64,000 bases of DNA, taken from assembly GCF_009914755.1 (NCBI RefSeq), contig NC_060928.1. The stretch is one strand, 5' to 3'. Below the pieces are notes generated by a model that did no database searches, had not been told where the DNA came from, and worked only from the letters and a program-made list of their open reading frames with translations. Each line of letters opens with the position of its first letter. Within the stretch, counting starts at the first letter, position 1. The DNA is from the human T2T-CHM13v2.0 reference genome, Homo sapiens. Of the stretch, positions 41,928 to 54,121 are shown one piece after another. Position numbers and translations under genes: made by a program.

Positions 41928-42186
41928 CACTTTGGGAGGCCAAGGCGGTTGGATCACCTGAGGTCAGGAGTTTGAGACCAGTCTGGCCAACATGGTGAAA
42001 CCCCATCTCTACTAAAAATACAAAAATTAGCCAGGCATGGTGGCGGGCACCTGTAATCCCAGCTACTGAGGAGGCTGAGGCAAAGAATCACTTGAACTTG
42101 GGAGGCAGAGTTTGCGGTAAGACGAGATCGTGCCGCTGCACTCCAGCCTGAAAACAGAGCGAGACTGTGTCTCAAAAAAAAAAAAA
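41928..42186 (+). mobile_element. AluSx-like, slightly 5'-truncated
   Basis: cactttgggaggccaagg…ggatcacctgaggtcaggagtttgagacc…A-tail. Confidence 0.93.
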
Positions 42187-42234
42187 GAACCTAGGGAGGG
42201 AGGAGGATGATGAGGGTGTGTCACAGAGACACAA

Positions 42235-43210
42235 AGCCCAGCTAAAAGGGCTCCCTGGGGCCAGAGCTGGAGCTATTTGAGCAACAAAATATCAGAACAG
42301 TCTCCAATTACAACTAAAGTATAAAATAAATATTTATTAGCTCATAGTGATATAAATAAATGATTGAATGAGTAAACAATGGAGGGGAAGAGACAAACCT
42401 CTCCCATGCTAATGAATTCCAAATCATAGATGTGGCTCTTCCATCTTCGAGGAGGGGGGTAACTCCCACACCCCTCAAGCGCGGGCTGTGCGTGGTGACT
42501 TCCTTCCAAGAGGACAGTGTGGAAAGGAGAAGAGTGACTCCACCAGGGAGGGTCTGACACACAGGATCCTGGCCGGGAAGGGCAGTGCCATCAGTGACAA
42601 GTCTGCTGACAGCTGGCACTCGGTCTGATGTACCTCACTCACCCCTGCAGCCTTCCTCCCAAGAACCCACAACCCCATCCGATGCCCAGAAAAACATCAG
42701 ACAGACCCACGTTGAGAGGCATCCTCCAGCGTGCCTGGCCAGCCCTCAGAGCTCACAAGGTCATCCAGCACAAGGAAAGTCCCCAGACTGCCCCAGCCTA
42801 AGATGTACTGTGGTGTCCTGGTGGGATCCTGGGACAGGAAGAGGAAATACTGGTGGAAGCTGAACAAAGCGTGGCATTTGGAGAACACTAAGGTGCTGAT
42901 GCTGGCATCCTCCTCGTGGTGAGTGTCCCAGGCTAATGTAAAGTGTTAATAACTGGGGAACTGGGTGTGGTACAGACAGGAACTGGGAGGCTCAGCTAAA
43001 ATGCCCCATCCTGCGTGGGTGCATCCTGCAGTGTGTGGCTGAGAACAGGGCTCTGGAGTCAAACACTCGGCTCCTGACCTCGGCTCTATCCTGACCATCC
43101 GTGTGACCTCCCTGTGCCTCACTGTCTCCATCTAGCAAGCAGGAACTCGCTAGGCTATCTCTGCAACTTTTCTGTAAATCTGAAACTATTCTATCAAAGT
43201 AAAAAAGTAA
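42235..43210 (+). mobile_element. L1MC-like 3' region, with a MIR-like insertion at ~43030-43135
   Basis: aaaagggctccc…atttgagcaacaaaat, ggatcctgggacaggaa, atgttaataactggggaactgggtg, ctatctctgcaacttttctgtaaatctgaaactatt. Confidence 0.7.
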
Positions 43211-44579
43211 ATTCCTTCTAGCGCCACCACTTAAGACCAATCACTCTTACGTCCCGCCAAGCTGCCTTCCATTCTTATTTCTGGCCACTTCCCATTGATA
43301 AAATTATACCTATTTGTCCACTCATTTGTCATTAACAGAATCATAATAGACTGCTTCATCGCCGTGTCAGTGTGGTATGTACAGTAAGCGTACTTCCTTG
43401 TAATTTTGCACCTTGCTTTTATTCATGAGCACATAAGCTCCCCAGTCGTTAGCTGTTCTTTGCCAACGTTATTATGTAATCAAAGCCTCCCCTAACCAGC
43501 CCTCGGTTCTTCCTTGTTTTTTTCCTACGGATAAACCACACCAAGAAGCACAGCTCTGAGCACACACCTTCGTCCGCATTTCAGGGACAAAAGTCGTCCA
43601 AGGAATCGCTCTCCATGGAGGCCACATCTTTCTCCGTCAGGCCCTTGGTGTGCTGGCAGAGCAGGGTTTTGTGCTAGCGGAGATTAATGACCGTAGCTGG
43701 GAAGTTCATGAAGCTTTCCCTGGAAAGAAAGAATCTATGAGATCACCATTCATTCACTTAAAGGCAGGCACTCCTTGCAGACTATTGATTTTTGCTCCAT
43801 GAGCTTAATTGTCTTCTGGAGATATTTTGGGGTCTAGCAAGGCCACCATAGTCGCCTCGTGCCATTGCCCACTGCCCTCCCCAGGAAAGCTGTGCTCATC
43901 TTCAGCAGGGCTGGTCCTACCCAGCCCCACGCGAGGCCCAGCTTAAATGCCCCATTCTGCGTAGGCGCACCCTGCAGTGTGTGGCTAAGAACAGGGCTCT
44001 GGAGTCAAATGCTTGGCTCCAAAGGGAGACTTCCTTTGGGACTTGCTTTGGGTCCCCTGTTAGGATGAGAACCACGTCCGGTACAGCCACAACTGCTCTC
44101 CTGCCTCACCCGCATCTCTGCGGCGCCCGGTGCCTGTGTAAGCCAGGACTCTACAAGTTTGTCGAATGAGGGAATGAATGAATGAGTGAATGAATGAATT
44201 AATGAAGGAACGAACGAACACTGTGTGCTTGTAGGATCGGAGTGGGGGGTGCACACTCAGTCTCTGGGTAACCTGGTTCAAATTCCATGGCTGTGCGACC
44301 TCAGGTAAGTTTTGTCTGCCGCCTTGTCTGCCAATTGCAAAGCAAAATGGCCCCGGGGCCACCTGTGAGTGTCTGGGTGTCAGTCATTCCGAATGTAGAG
44401 ATGCGATGTCCCGAATCTGACCAAGCCACCAAACCCAGCCGGGATAAGGGTGTCTCCTCCTAAATGGCCCACTCCTTTGTGGGCCCCTTTGAAAACCTAA
44501 ACCAGGCCACCCCCTCCCTTCCTCACGCCTCCCTAGAGACCTCCCAGCCCGAATAACACGATTCCCGGTTGGAGGAGCT

Positions 44580-45025
44580 ATTGTGTGTGTTTCTTGGGGT
44601 TGCCGTTGCAAAGACCCACAACCTGGGGAGCTGAAAACAGCAGCAATGTATCCTCTCTCAGTCTGGAGGCTGGGAGTCCAAGGTGTCGGCCAGGCTGGTT
44701 CCTTCTAGGGGCTCAGAGGGACCCTTCGTTCTGTGCCGCTCCCAGCTTCCTGAGCTGCCAGCAATTCATGGCCGTGGTGATGTGCAGATGTGTCCCCTGT
44801 CTCTGCCTCTGCCTGTGTGTTGCCTTCTCTCTGCGTCCCTACCTCCCCTCTCCTTATAAGGATGCCAGTCATTGAATTTACGGTCTACCCTAAATCCAGA
44901 TGGCTTCATCCTGAGATGCTTAGCCACGTCTCCAATGACCCTATTTCCAAGTAAGATCACAGTTGCGAGTACTGGGGATAGGGATGTTGACGAATCTTTT
45001 TGGGGTCACTAAACAACCCGCTGTG
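44580..45025 (-). mobile_element. MLT1C-like LTR
   Basis: ctctcagtctggaggctgggagtccaaggtgtcggc…tccttataaggatgccagtcattg…gaccctatttccaagtaagatcaca. Confidence 0.75.
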
Positions 45026-45377
45026 CTGCTGTCCGAGGCCTTGCAGACCCAACACCTGGCTGCTGCTCCAGCCCCATATCTGCCTCCTGCTCAGTCCCCT
45101 ACATCAGCACCTCGGGCCTGCCCCTGAGTTCCCTGGGGACCCCCGGCTCAGCGTTCTCCTCTGCTGAAGGTAGTGGGCCCCACCCCGTCACTCCCTCCCC
45201 GTCCGTCTCTGGTCCTGCTTTGGAGCAGTTGTCCCTGAAACAGAATTTTAGACAGGGTCTTTGAGCGCTCACCTGTCTTGGCTCTCTGGAATGGATTCAC
45301 GTTCATGGCAGAGGCCGTGAACCCTGAGTTTACGGTGGAGCCTCAGTGCCCAGAACAGTGCCCAGAACAGTGCCCCG

Positions 45378-46007
45378 CACTCCATGAATGAATGAATGAA
45401 TGGCTATGATTAGCACTGAGCCAGCTGGGTTTGGGAGGAAGCTGCCATTTCTGCAGCACCCCCTCCCTGGTGTGTGGGGGGGCCCAGCCCAGGCACTCAT
45501 GAATGAATGAATGAGTGAATGAATGAATGCATGCATGCATGAATGGATGGCTACAGTTAGGCTGAGCCGGCTGAGTTGGGGGTGAACCTGCCATTTCTGG
45601 GCACCCCTCCCTGGTGTAAGGAGAAGCCTGACCCAGGCACTCCATGAATGAATAAATGAATCAGTGAATGGCTATGATTTGCATTGAGCCGGCTGGGTTG
45701 AGAGTGGACCCACCATTTCTGGGCACCCCTCCCTGGTGTGTGGAGAAACTTGGCCCAGGCACCCCATGAATGAACAGACGAATGAGTGAATAGCTAAGAT
45801 TCACACTGAGCCGGTCAGGTTGGGGCTGGACCTGCCATTTCTGGACATCTCCTCACTGGTGTGCAGGGGTGAGGGTCTGGCCCAGACACTCCATGAATGG
45901 ATGGCTATAGTTAGGCTGAGCTGGCCGGGCTGGGGGCGGGCCCGCCATTTCTGGGCACTCCTCCCTGGTATCAGGAGGTGCAGGGGAGAGGCACACCCGG
46001 CCCAGGC
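45378..46007. repeat. Five-copy ~116-144-bp tandem repeat with an embedded (TGAA)n microsatellite
   Basis: Units start cac(t/c)cc?atgaatg at 45378, 45494, 45638, 45760 and 45887. Each has gcta…tgagc…ccatttctg…ctggt…ccagg. Confidence 0.9.
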
Positions 46008-46120
46008 CTCACAACCCCCTTTCTGGTGTGAGGGAGAGAGGCGCACCTGGCCCAGGCCTCACAACACCTTTCTGGTGTCGGGGGAGAGGGGCACCTGGCC
46101 CAGGCCTCACAACCCGCTTT
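45985..46120. repeat. Three-copy ~49-bp tandem repeat abutting the exon acceptor
   Basis: ggcccaggcctcacaac at 45999, 46049 and 46097. Confidence 0.9.
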
Positions 46121-46129
46121 GTGTTTCAG

Positions 46130-46294
46130 GTCATCCTTGTCAGCTCCTCACTCAGTGACCGGGACCAGAGCCTATTCCTCAGCGCAGACGAAGGCGCCAC
46201 CTTTCAGAAGCAGCCCATTCCCTTCTTCGTGGAAACTCTGATTTTCCACCCTAAGGAGGAGGACAAGGTCCTCGCCTACACAAAGGAGAGCAAG
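46130..46294 (+). CDS. SORCS2: SORCS2 internal coding exon (165 nt, phase 0-0; probably exon 4), VPS10 domain
   Basis: Acceptor gctttgtgtttcag|GTC and donor AAG|gtaaga. Encodes VILVSSSLSDRDQSLFLSADEGATFQKQPIPFFVETLIFHPKEEDKVLAYTKESK, which I recognise as SORCS2. Contains Asp-box S-x-D-x-G-x-T-F (SADEGATF). Exon number is from memory. Confidence 0.96.
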
Positions 46295-46944
46295 GTAAGA
46301 TATATGGGTGCCAGTCGCCTGGTCTGTGGGGCTGGGGTCTGCTCGACCCACCTGGAGGTGAGTGCCCACTTGGAGCAAGTGGGACCCGGAACCCCTGGGC
46401 TGGCTGAGGAGGAGCCTCCCGGGGCTGGGGGCCGGGATGCTGGACCCCGTCATCGCCCTCTCCTTGGTGCCCCCTCAAGGGACCGTGCCCACTTGGCTGT
46501 GCTGTGGGAGCTGAGCGAGGTGGTGGTGGGCAGTGCACCAGGCTCAGAGGCTCAAGAGAGGAACCAGTGAGTAGCAGGCGATTAGGATCATGCCACTCGC
46601 CATCCCTTTCTGCACACCAGTCACAAGGGCCTTTCTCCACTTCCAGAACATTGCGCACACCCTCATCAGACCTCACTAGGCCTTTCCCTCAGTGTGGAAT
46701 GTTCTTCTCCCCTCGCCAAGAGCGGTGGCTTGTTCTTCCCCAGATCAGCATCTCCTCCTCTGGGAGCTGTGTCCATGGGGTTCAGCAGGGAACTGAGGCT
46801 TTGTCCCCCGGTGAGTGGGGGAGCGGGGGGCCAGCCTGGTGAGGAGCATTGGGCTGCATCTGCAGGGAGGGGCCCACCTGGGTTCTGAGGCTGTGGAGGG
46901 AGAGGGCCTGGGGGCTGGGGAGGGCCCAGTAGGAAAGGACTTTG

Positions 46945-48530
46945 TTCCTTTTCTGCAGCCGTGGGAACAAATGGCCACAGGCTCTAGCTTAAGCAACAGA
47001 AACTTATTCTGTCACAATTCTGGAGGCCCACAGTCCAAAACCAGCGAAGATCAAAGTGTCAGTGGAGCTGCACTTCCCCCTGGGCTCTAGGGAGGAGTCC
47101 AACCCTGCCTCTCTCAGCTGCTGGCAGCTGCCAGTATCTCCTGGCTGTGGCCACATCTCTGCACCTTCAGGCTTCAAATCTCCTCTGCCCCATCTCCATG
47201 CTGCCTACTGCATAAGTGTGTGTGTGTATGCACACTTGTAAGTGTGTGAGTGCATGTGTGTGGGTGTGTCAGTGTGAATGGGTGTGAATGTGTGTGGGGG
47301 TGGGTGTGAATGTGTGGGTTTGTGGGATGTGGGGGGGTGTTAGTGTGAATGTGTGACTGTGGGTGCATGTGAATGTGTGTGTGAATGCGAGTGTGGGTGT
47401 GAGTGTATATGTGCGTGTGAATGTGTGGGTGTGTGGGAGTGTGTATATGAATGTGAGTGTGTGCAAATGTGTGTGAGTGTGAGGGTGTGGGTGTCTGTGT
47501 GTGAATGTGTGTTCACCTGTGAGTGGGTGTGGGTGTGAGACTGTGAATGTATGAGTGTATGTGGGTGTGAACGTGTGTGTGTGGGGGTATGTATGGGTGA
47601 GGTTGTGTTTGAGTGTGAGGGTGTATTTTAGTGTGTAAATGTGTGGGTGTGAGGGTGTGTGTGATTGCGTGTATGAGTGCATGGGTGTGCACGTGAAAGT
47701 GTGTTTGTGGGTGTGTGTGTGTTTGTGAGAATATGTGTCTGTGTGAGAATGAGTGTGGGTGTGAATCTGAGTGTAGATGTGAGCACGTGTGCGAGTGTGA
47801 AAGTGCATGTCTGTGGGAGTGTGTACGTGAGTGTGCATGTGTGAGAGTGTGAGTGTGTGTGTTTATGAGTGTGAAACAGCATGTCAGTGTGTGCTTGTAG
47901 GTGTGTGTAAGAAGCTATGTTAGCGAGTGTGAGTGTACATGAGTGTGTGGTGTGTATGGGCATGTGTGGGTGAGTGTGAGAGCCTATGTGAGTGTGTGAG
48001 TGTGTACATGTATGGGTGTGTATGAGCGTGTGTGTGTGAGAACCTATGTGAGTGTGTATGTATGTGAGCATGTGTGGGTGTGTGTGAGCATGTGAGTCTA
48101 CATGAGTGTGTGGGTGTGTATGAGCATGTGTGGGTGTGTGAGAGTGTGAGAGCCTATGTGAGCATGTGTGAATGTACATGAGTGTGTGGGTGTGTGAGTG
48201 TGTGTGGGTGAGTGTGTGTGATCGTGTGTGTGAGTCTACATGAGTGTGTGGGTGTGTATGAGCGTGTGTGTGTGTGAGAGAGAGCCTATGTGAGCGTATG
48301 TGAGAGTGTGTGAGTGTATGTGGACGTGCGTGGGTGTGTGTAGATCTCCCTCTGCGCCTGCTTTCTGTAAGGACTCGGGCCTTCGTTTAGGGCCCACACA
48401 GATAGCCTGGGGTGATCTTCACATCTGGAGACCTCAGCAATCCCAACTGCAGGCTCCCTTTCTGCCCTGTGAGGTGATGGTCCCAGGTTCTAAGGATTAG
48501 GACATAGATACATTTTGGGGGCCACTCTGA
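46945..48530 (-). mobile_element. MLT1 LTR split by an expanded TG tract
   Basis: 5' part gcttaagcaacagaaacttattctgtcacaattctggaggcc (46988-). 3' part cttctgtaaggactc…ttagggcccacacagatagcc…gattaggacatagatacattttgggggccact (48340-48530). Confidence 0.75.
47216..48340. repeat. Degenerate (TG)n tract, ~1.1 kb, with higher-order sub-repeats
   Basis: Seen directly. gagagcctatgtgag and tacatgagtgtgtgg recur in its 3' half. Confidence 0.96.
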
Positions 48531-48967
48531 ACCTAGAACCTCTGCCCAACAGGAGGTGTGGGCTCCACAGTTGCAGGAAGGGTCCCAGTAGGAGGCCTGG
48601 CTCTGGGTAGAGCAACTGAGCCAAACTGTGGCTGGTCAGGGAACGAGAGGAATAGCACATGCCTCTTTCTCTCTCCAATGCACTGAGGCTTCCCACAGAT
48701 GGAATCCAATCAGAGGCTAGAGGAAAGAGGCTGTGGAACTGTCTACACAGGTCAGTCTCAGGGCCAGAGAAGGGTGGATCTGTCTACGTAGGTCAGCTCC
48801 CAGGGTCAGAGAAGGGTTGGAAAGAGGCAGCATGGACCTGGAAGGCAAACACAAGCTGCCCAAATCAGCAGCCTTCCCTGTGCCACCGCAGGCCAGCTTG
48901 GGCCCCAGTATTTCACACTCTTCCATATTCCTGTGCCTCTCTTTCTCAACACTGATCACAATGGGTA

Positions 48968-49334
48968 TCTATTAGCCCATTTTCACACTGCTATTAAGAA
49001 CTACCTGAGACTGATTAATTTATGAAGAAAGAGGTTTAATTGACTCAAAGTTCCACATGGGTGGGGAGGCCTCAGGAAACTTACAGTCATGGTGGAAGGT
49101 GAAGGGGAAGCAGGCATCATCTTCACAAGGCATCAGGAGAGAGAGCACAAGTTGGGAAATGCAAAATACTTTTAAACCATCAGATCTCATGAGAACTCAC
49201 TCATTATCACACAAGAACAGCATGGGGGAAACTGCCCCATGATCCAATCACTTCCCACCAGGTTCCTCCCTCCACATGTGGGGATTACAATTTGAGATGA
49301 GATTTGGGTGGGAACACAGAGCCAAACCATGTCA
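48968..49334 (-). mobile_element. MSTA-like MaLR solo LTR
   Basis: tattagcccattttcacactgctattaagaactacctgagactg…gagatttgggtgggaacacagagccaaaccatgtca. Confidence 0.9.
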
Positions 49335-49471
49335 GGTAACTCTATCTTTGTGAAGTCATTTGATTATTGTCTACACCCAATACATGCAATTGGGGTAAGC
49401 TCTTTGAGGGCAGGGAAAGTGTCTGGTCTTTTTCACCATTTTAATCTAAAGTGCCCGGCTGAAAATATTAG

Positions 49472-49880
49472 TTGGATGGACAGATCGAGGTTGGGTGGGT
49501 GGGTGGATGGGTGAGGAGGGATGGACAGATGAATAAATGGATGAATAGATGTATAGATGATGGATGGATGGATAAATGGATGGATGGATGGATGGATGGA
49601 TGGATGGATGGATGGGTGGGTGGATGGATGGATGGGTGGATGGGGATGAATGGATGGATGGGTGGGTGGGTGGATGGATGGGGATGGATGGATGGGTGGT
49701 TGGATGGATGTGTGGACAGATGGATGGATAGATGATGGATGGATGAATGGATGGATGGTAGATGGATGGGTGGATGGTGGATGGATGAATGGGTAGATGG
49801 ATGGATGGGTGGATGGAGATGAATGGATGGATGGGTGGGTGGTGGATGGATGGGGATGGTTGGTTAGATGAATGAATGAT
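49472..49880. repeat. (GGAT)n complex tract
   Basis: Seen directly. Confidence 0.95.
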
Positions 49881-50424
49881 AAATTTCTACCAACAGGGAC
49901 AGTCCAGGTCAGGGACCTCCAAATGGAGATTCCTGGCTGTCCTTTGCCATGGCTCTCGACAGGACCTGGCCTCCTTGCCAAGGTTGGGTCCTCCCTGACT
50001 GGCGTCCCTGCATTTCTCAGCCTCCTGGGCTACCTCTTTGCTCCTGGCCCCTTCCTTGGGGATGGCTTGTGCTTCTGGGTATTAATAGCACTACTTAGCC
50101 TTCCATGTAATTAGACTAAAGCACAATCACGGAGACTTATTTTCCCGCAGAAATTGACTGCATTGCAATTGCTCTCTAATTTATGGTGCCCTGAAAAATT
50201 AATGGAGCTGAAATCTCAGTTATTTGCTTTGGTTCTTTTCTGTGACTATAAGGGGAGAAAAAGGCTTAGTTGCAGTTGTAAAAGGAATGAGGAATGTGAG
50301 GAAATTAATAACAATGACAAGAGGGCTTTAGTTTTTGAGGAGGCTATGCAGTTTTTCAAAGCTAATTCTCAAGAAGCAGGGTGGTGTGGTGGAACAACGT
50401 CAGCTTTGACTCCAACAAATCTGG

Positions 50425-50790
50425 TGTATTAGGCAGGTATCTGCAACAATCATACTGAGTAACACACAGCTCCAAGCCTCAATGGCTTACAGAAACAAGC
50501 ATTATTTCTTCTTCCTGGGGCTCTGTGGGTGCCCAGAGGCTCTGCTGGGCTTTGCTGCGATTGGCTATATGAGGCTCCTGGTTACTGGTGGAGTTTGCGT
50601 CCCCATACGACTCTTATGCTGAGAGCACACTATTCTCATGATGAGGGGGCAGAGGCTCCAGGGGTTGCAAACCACACAAGCAGCTTTAGCATAACAGCTT
50701 TGACCTGGAAAACATCACATCTACTCACACAGCATCGGCCAAAGCAAGTCACATGACAAGCCCAGAGTCAATGGAGTGGACACAATTGCC
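50425..50790 (-). mobile_element. MLT1 (H/I/J-like) LTR
   Basis: tgtattaggcagg…ctgagtaaca…aatggcttacagaaacaagcatt…catcggccaaagcaagtcacatgacaagccca. Confidence 0.6.
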
Positions 50791-53599
50791 CTGCTCTAAG
50801 GATTTGCAGATTTGTGCAAAGCCAAAGGCTTGCCTCCCTTTCCTTCCCTACCTCTTCCTTCCCATACGCCCGCCCTGCCTCCAGCAAACACCTATCCACC
50901 TACCCTCAGACTGCCCTGTTCCATGACTTTACAATGCTTCCCTTATCCTCGTTATAATTTGGGTCACTGTGAGTCTGCCTTACTTGGATCCTGGACAGCC
51001 TTCCTGGGTGACAGCATAATATGCATTTCTTCCAAGGCTCAGCCGACTGCAGTAGGCTCTTGGGATTGGTAGGAAGTGAGAGCCCAGCAGTCCCTTCCCA
51101 CGCCAGCTTCCTGGGGGCTGCTGACATGAAACTGACCAGCCTGTTTCCTCTGTGCCTGGTCTTCAGACCTGCTTGCTGAGGCAGAACCCTGGGCACTTAC
51201 TTCTAAAAGCATAAACTCACTTTTATATTTTATTGAATTTTATTCCCCATCAAGCACTTCTTCTGCTTCCCAGCATGGTGAGAAATTGATCTGAGCCCAG
51301 GATTGCCTTTTAGAAACTTAGTAGGGCAGAGAAGACACCTTTGGGTGGGCAATCAGGGAAGACTTCCTGGAGGAGGAATGTTCGAACAGGGGCTTAAAGA
51401 ATGGATCAGAATGTATCTTTAATTTGTAATACATCTTCAGAGCAATAAAGATGATCACATATGACAAGAAAAAGAAAAACCCTCACAGTCCCCCAGCCTT
51501 AAGTAAAGCAGTGTTTGCATTGATCCATATTAAAGAAATAGTAGAAATTGCTGGCAGTGGGTCTGAGGAGAGCCCTAATATTGAGTGAACAGAGGTGCAG
51601 CCTTCGCGTTGGCTGCTGTGAATATCAGCAGGTTCATGAACTGCCCAGCAGAGCTACAAGCTTCGATACCACGTTGATGGCTCGCTCTGACCTCAGACTT
51701 GAGAACAGGGAAAAGATTGGGCATCTCTTGAGTAACAGAACAATTCTCTTAGCAATGAGAAGCCCTCACTCAGCATGTGTTCATTTTGCTCTAAGAATTT
51801 TCATCTGCTGGGGCTCAGGGCAGGAACAATACTCCCCTCTGGATATGTAAGCAGAAAAGGGATTTAACAGGAGGGATCAGTGCTTTCTAAATTGTTGGGA
51901 GATAAGGGAGAGGGTTTTACACTAGACCCCCCTTCCCAGGATGCCTCCTGAAAGCCTGCAGTGTAGACCCACCAGGAAGTTTCTACCTCTGCCCATCAGG
52001 AAGGTGGGGACCAGAACCTCCCAGACTTATCAAGCTCAAAAACATGTGGCTGGTGCAGCTGATGTTGCCATTGCTGCAGCCTGCACCTGGTAACTTCCAT
52101 AAAGCCAGTGACTGGACACCGGAATGTGGAGTCCAGCTGCTGCCTTCACCACCACCACGTCTCCACCCTCCAGAGGTGGAGGGTGGACACAGCACCATGT
52201 CCTGTGACCTTGCTGGCAGCAGACATGGCCCAGTGGGGCAGGAAAAAGTCTCTGCCTCACTTTCATCTTCCAAAATTGGCACGAGTGCATCCACCTGACC
52301 TGGAAATCTAGCTGCAAGGGAGTCCAAGTGATGCTGGGCTGCAGCTTTCAGGCCTCTGCAGTGAAACGAGGCACCCTGGAGTGAGGGATGAAAGCATGTT
52401 GAGTGCCACCAATCACATCCAACTGCCACTAAGAGTCCAGGGCAGACTCGAAGCACCTCCAGAAACCATAGAAGACACTGGCACACTCTTCTATGTGCCC
52501 TTCCTGGGCCCTCAAGCTGCTCCTTTCCCTCCCTCCTGTCTTGCTTCACTCTGACTTTTTATCTTCATATGAGAGTGGGAGGCGTGTCCTCACTCACCAC
52601 CTCCACTGCTTTCTGAGATGTTGAGTGATGAAATTCACCCTTCCACAGGATGCACCCATGCAGGTTTCAGCTGCAGTAACTGGGCTGTCCCGGATGTGTT
52701 TATTCTTGTTTATTTGCTGGTGTTTGTCTTTTATTAAGCAGAAATGTTCTATTTCTGCAGCAATTGATGGTGGATAGTAAAAGCGCCTCCCAGGAGAGTG
52801 AGTTGGAAAGGCTTCATAAAGCTCCAGGGCAGGCGTCGTAAACGCAAGCGCATGAGGCAGTGATGCCAATGGTAACGCCATCCATTAATGTGGAGGCTTT
52901 ATTACCTTGCTCACAGGAACCCACGGTGACGACTCGCTTTTTAGGCATCTATTGACTGTGGGTATGAGCAGTGCCCTCCTGATATGGTAAACTGAGACAT
53001 GAGATAGAAGGGTGCCTGGCCTGAGTCACTCGGATGACCCAGAGAAAGGGCTAGAGGTGACCAACCATCCTTCTTGAAGGCAAGGGTGACTCCTCAGCCC
53101 CTGGTACAGTCCTGTGAGCTCAAGTCTGTGAGATGGGAATTGCTGACATAAGGGAGTGCTGTGTGACCTTGAGTAACTTACCTAACCTCTCTGAGCTTCA
53201 GTTCTTTCATTTGTCAAGAGGGAAAATTGCCAGCTTATGGGTGTGTTTGTGAGTATGTATATGCATGTATGTGTGTACATGTGTGTGTGAGTGTGTGTGG
53301 GTGTGTGAGTGTGAAGTGAGGTGGCATTCAACAAGCACAGCTCAGTGCCTGGCTCCGTAAAAGGCCACAGCTGCTGCCAGGCTCTCTCACACTGTCTGTC
53401 AGGCCCAGACAGAAAAAGAAGTACAACCAATGGCTGGAGCTGCAGGTATTTGTTGAACACATACTGCATGCCAGGCACTGCTCCACAAGCTTATTAAAAG
53501 CTCCTTGCCCTCATGAAGCTTATGTTCTAGGGGATGAAAACTTTCTTTAAAAAGTCCTTTCTGAATATGAAAGGTGATGGCTTCTTACCATAGCTGTGT

Positions 53600-53822
53600 G
53601 CCAGTGAAGCTCCGTTTACAAACCCAGGTGACAGCCCATGGCTTGCTGACACCTGCTCCAGGGTGTATGGTACACCATCTCTGTGCACCACTATCCCTGG
53701 CTGCCTTCCTGCTCCCAAGGCCGTGGTGAGTGGTTGCTACAGAGACCACACAGCCCACCCGGCTGAAAATATTTACTACCTGGCCCTTTACAGAATGCAC
53801 TTACCAGCCCCTGCCCTAGAGT
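53600..53822 (+). mobile_element. MER58-like hAT-Charlie element
   Basis: ttgctacagagaccacacagcc…ctgaaaatatttactacctggccctttacagaa…agcccctgccctaga. Confidence 0.75.
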
Positions 53823-54121
53823 CAAACGTGTTCATTCGGTCAGCAAATGGGCCTTGCGCACCCGGCAGCCATGGATTCCGGGCTACCGCTGGTGCCGCAG
53901 GTGAGCGAGGCAGGTGTGTGCCCCCGGGCTGTGAGCGGCTTAGCCGAGGAGCAGGAGATAAACTCCCAGGACGCAAGGAAGTCAGCAAACAGCTGTGCAG
54001 GCGTGAGCTCCGCACAGCGCACACGGGGCCGGCAGGCTGGGGACAGTGCCGCCAAGATGCAGGCAGCTGAGCCGGGGCTGGGCTGGGAGGACTTCAGGGG
54101 TGGGGGTGGAAGGTACGCATC

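Noticed and set aside
45378-46120. Repeat-spacer-like periodicity suggesting a CRISPR array
   Set aside because: Primate DNA. Whole units are homologous, with no unique spacers and no cas genes.
46028-46570. 180-aa ORF as a single-exon gene
   Set aside because: Only 46130-46294 is SORCS2 coding. The flanks are intronic read-through beyond canonical splice sites.
47174-48179. His/Thr-rich and Val/Cys-rich ORFs (also at 29489-29825 and 5341-6039)
   Set aside because: Artefacts of (TG)n tracts and the minisatellite.
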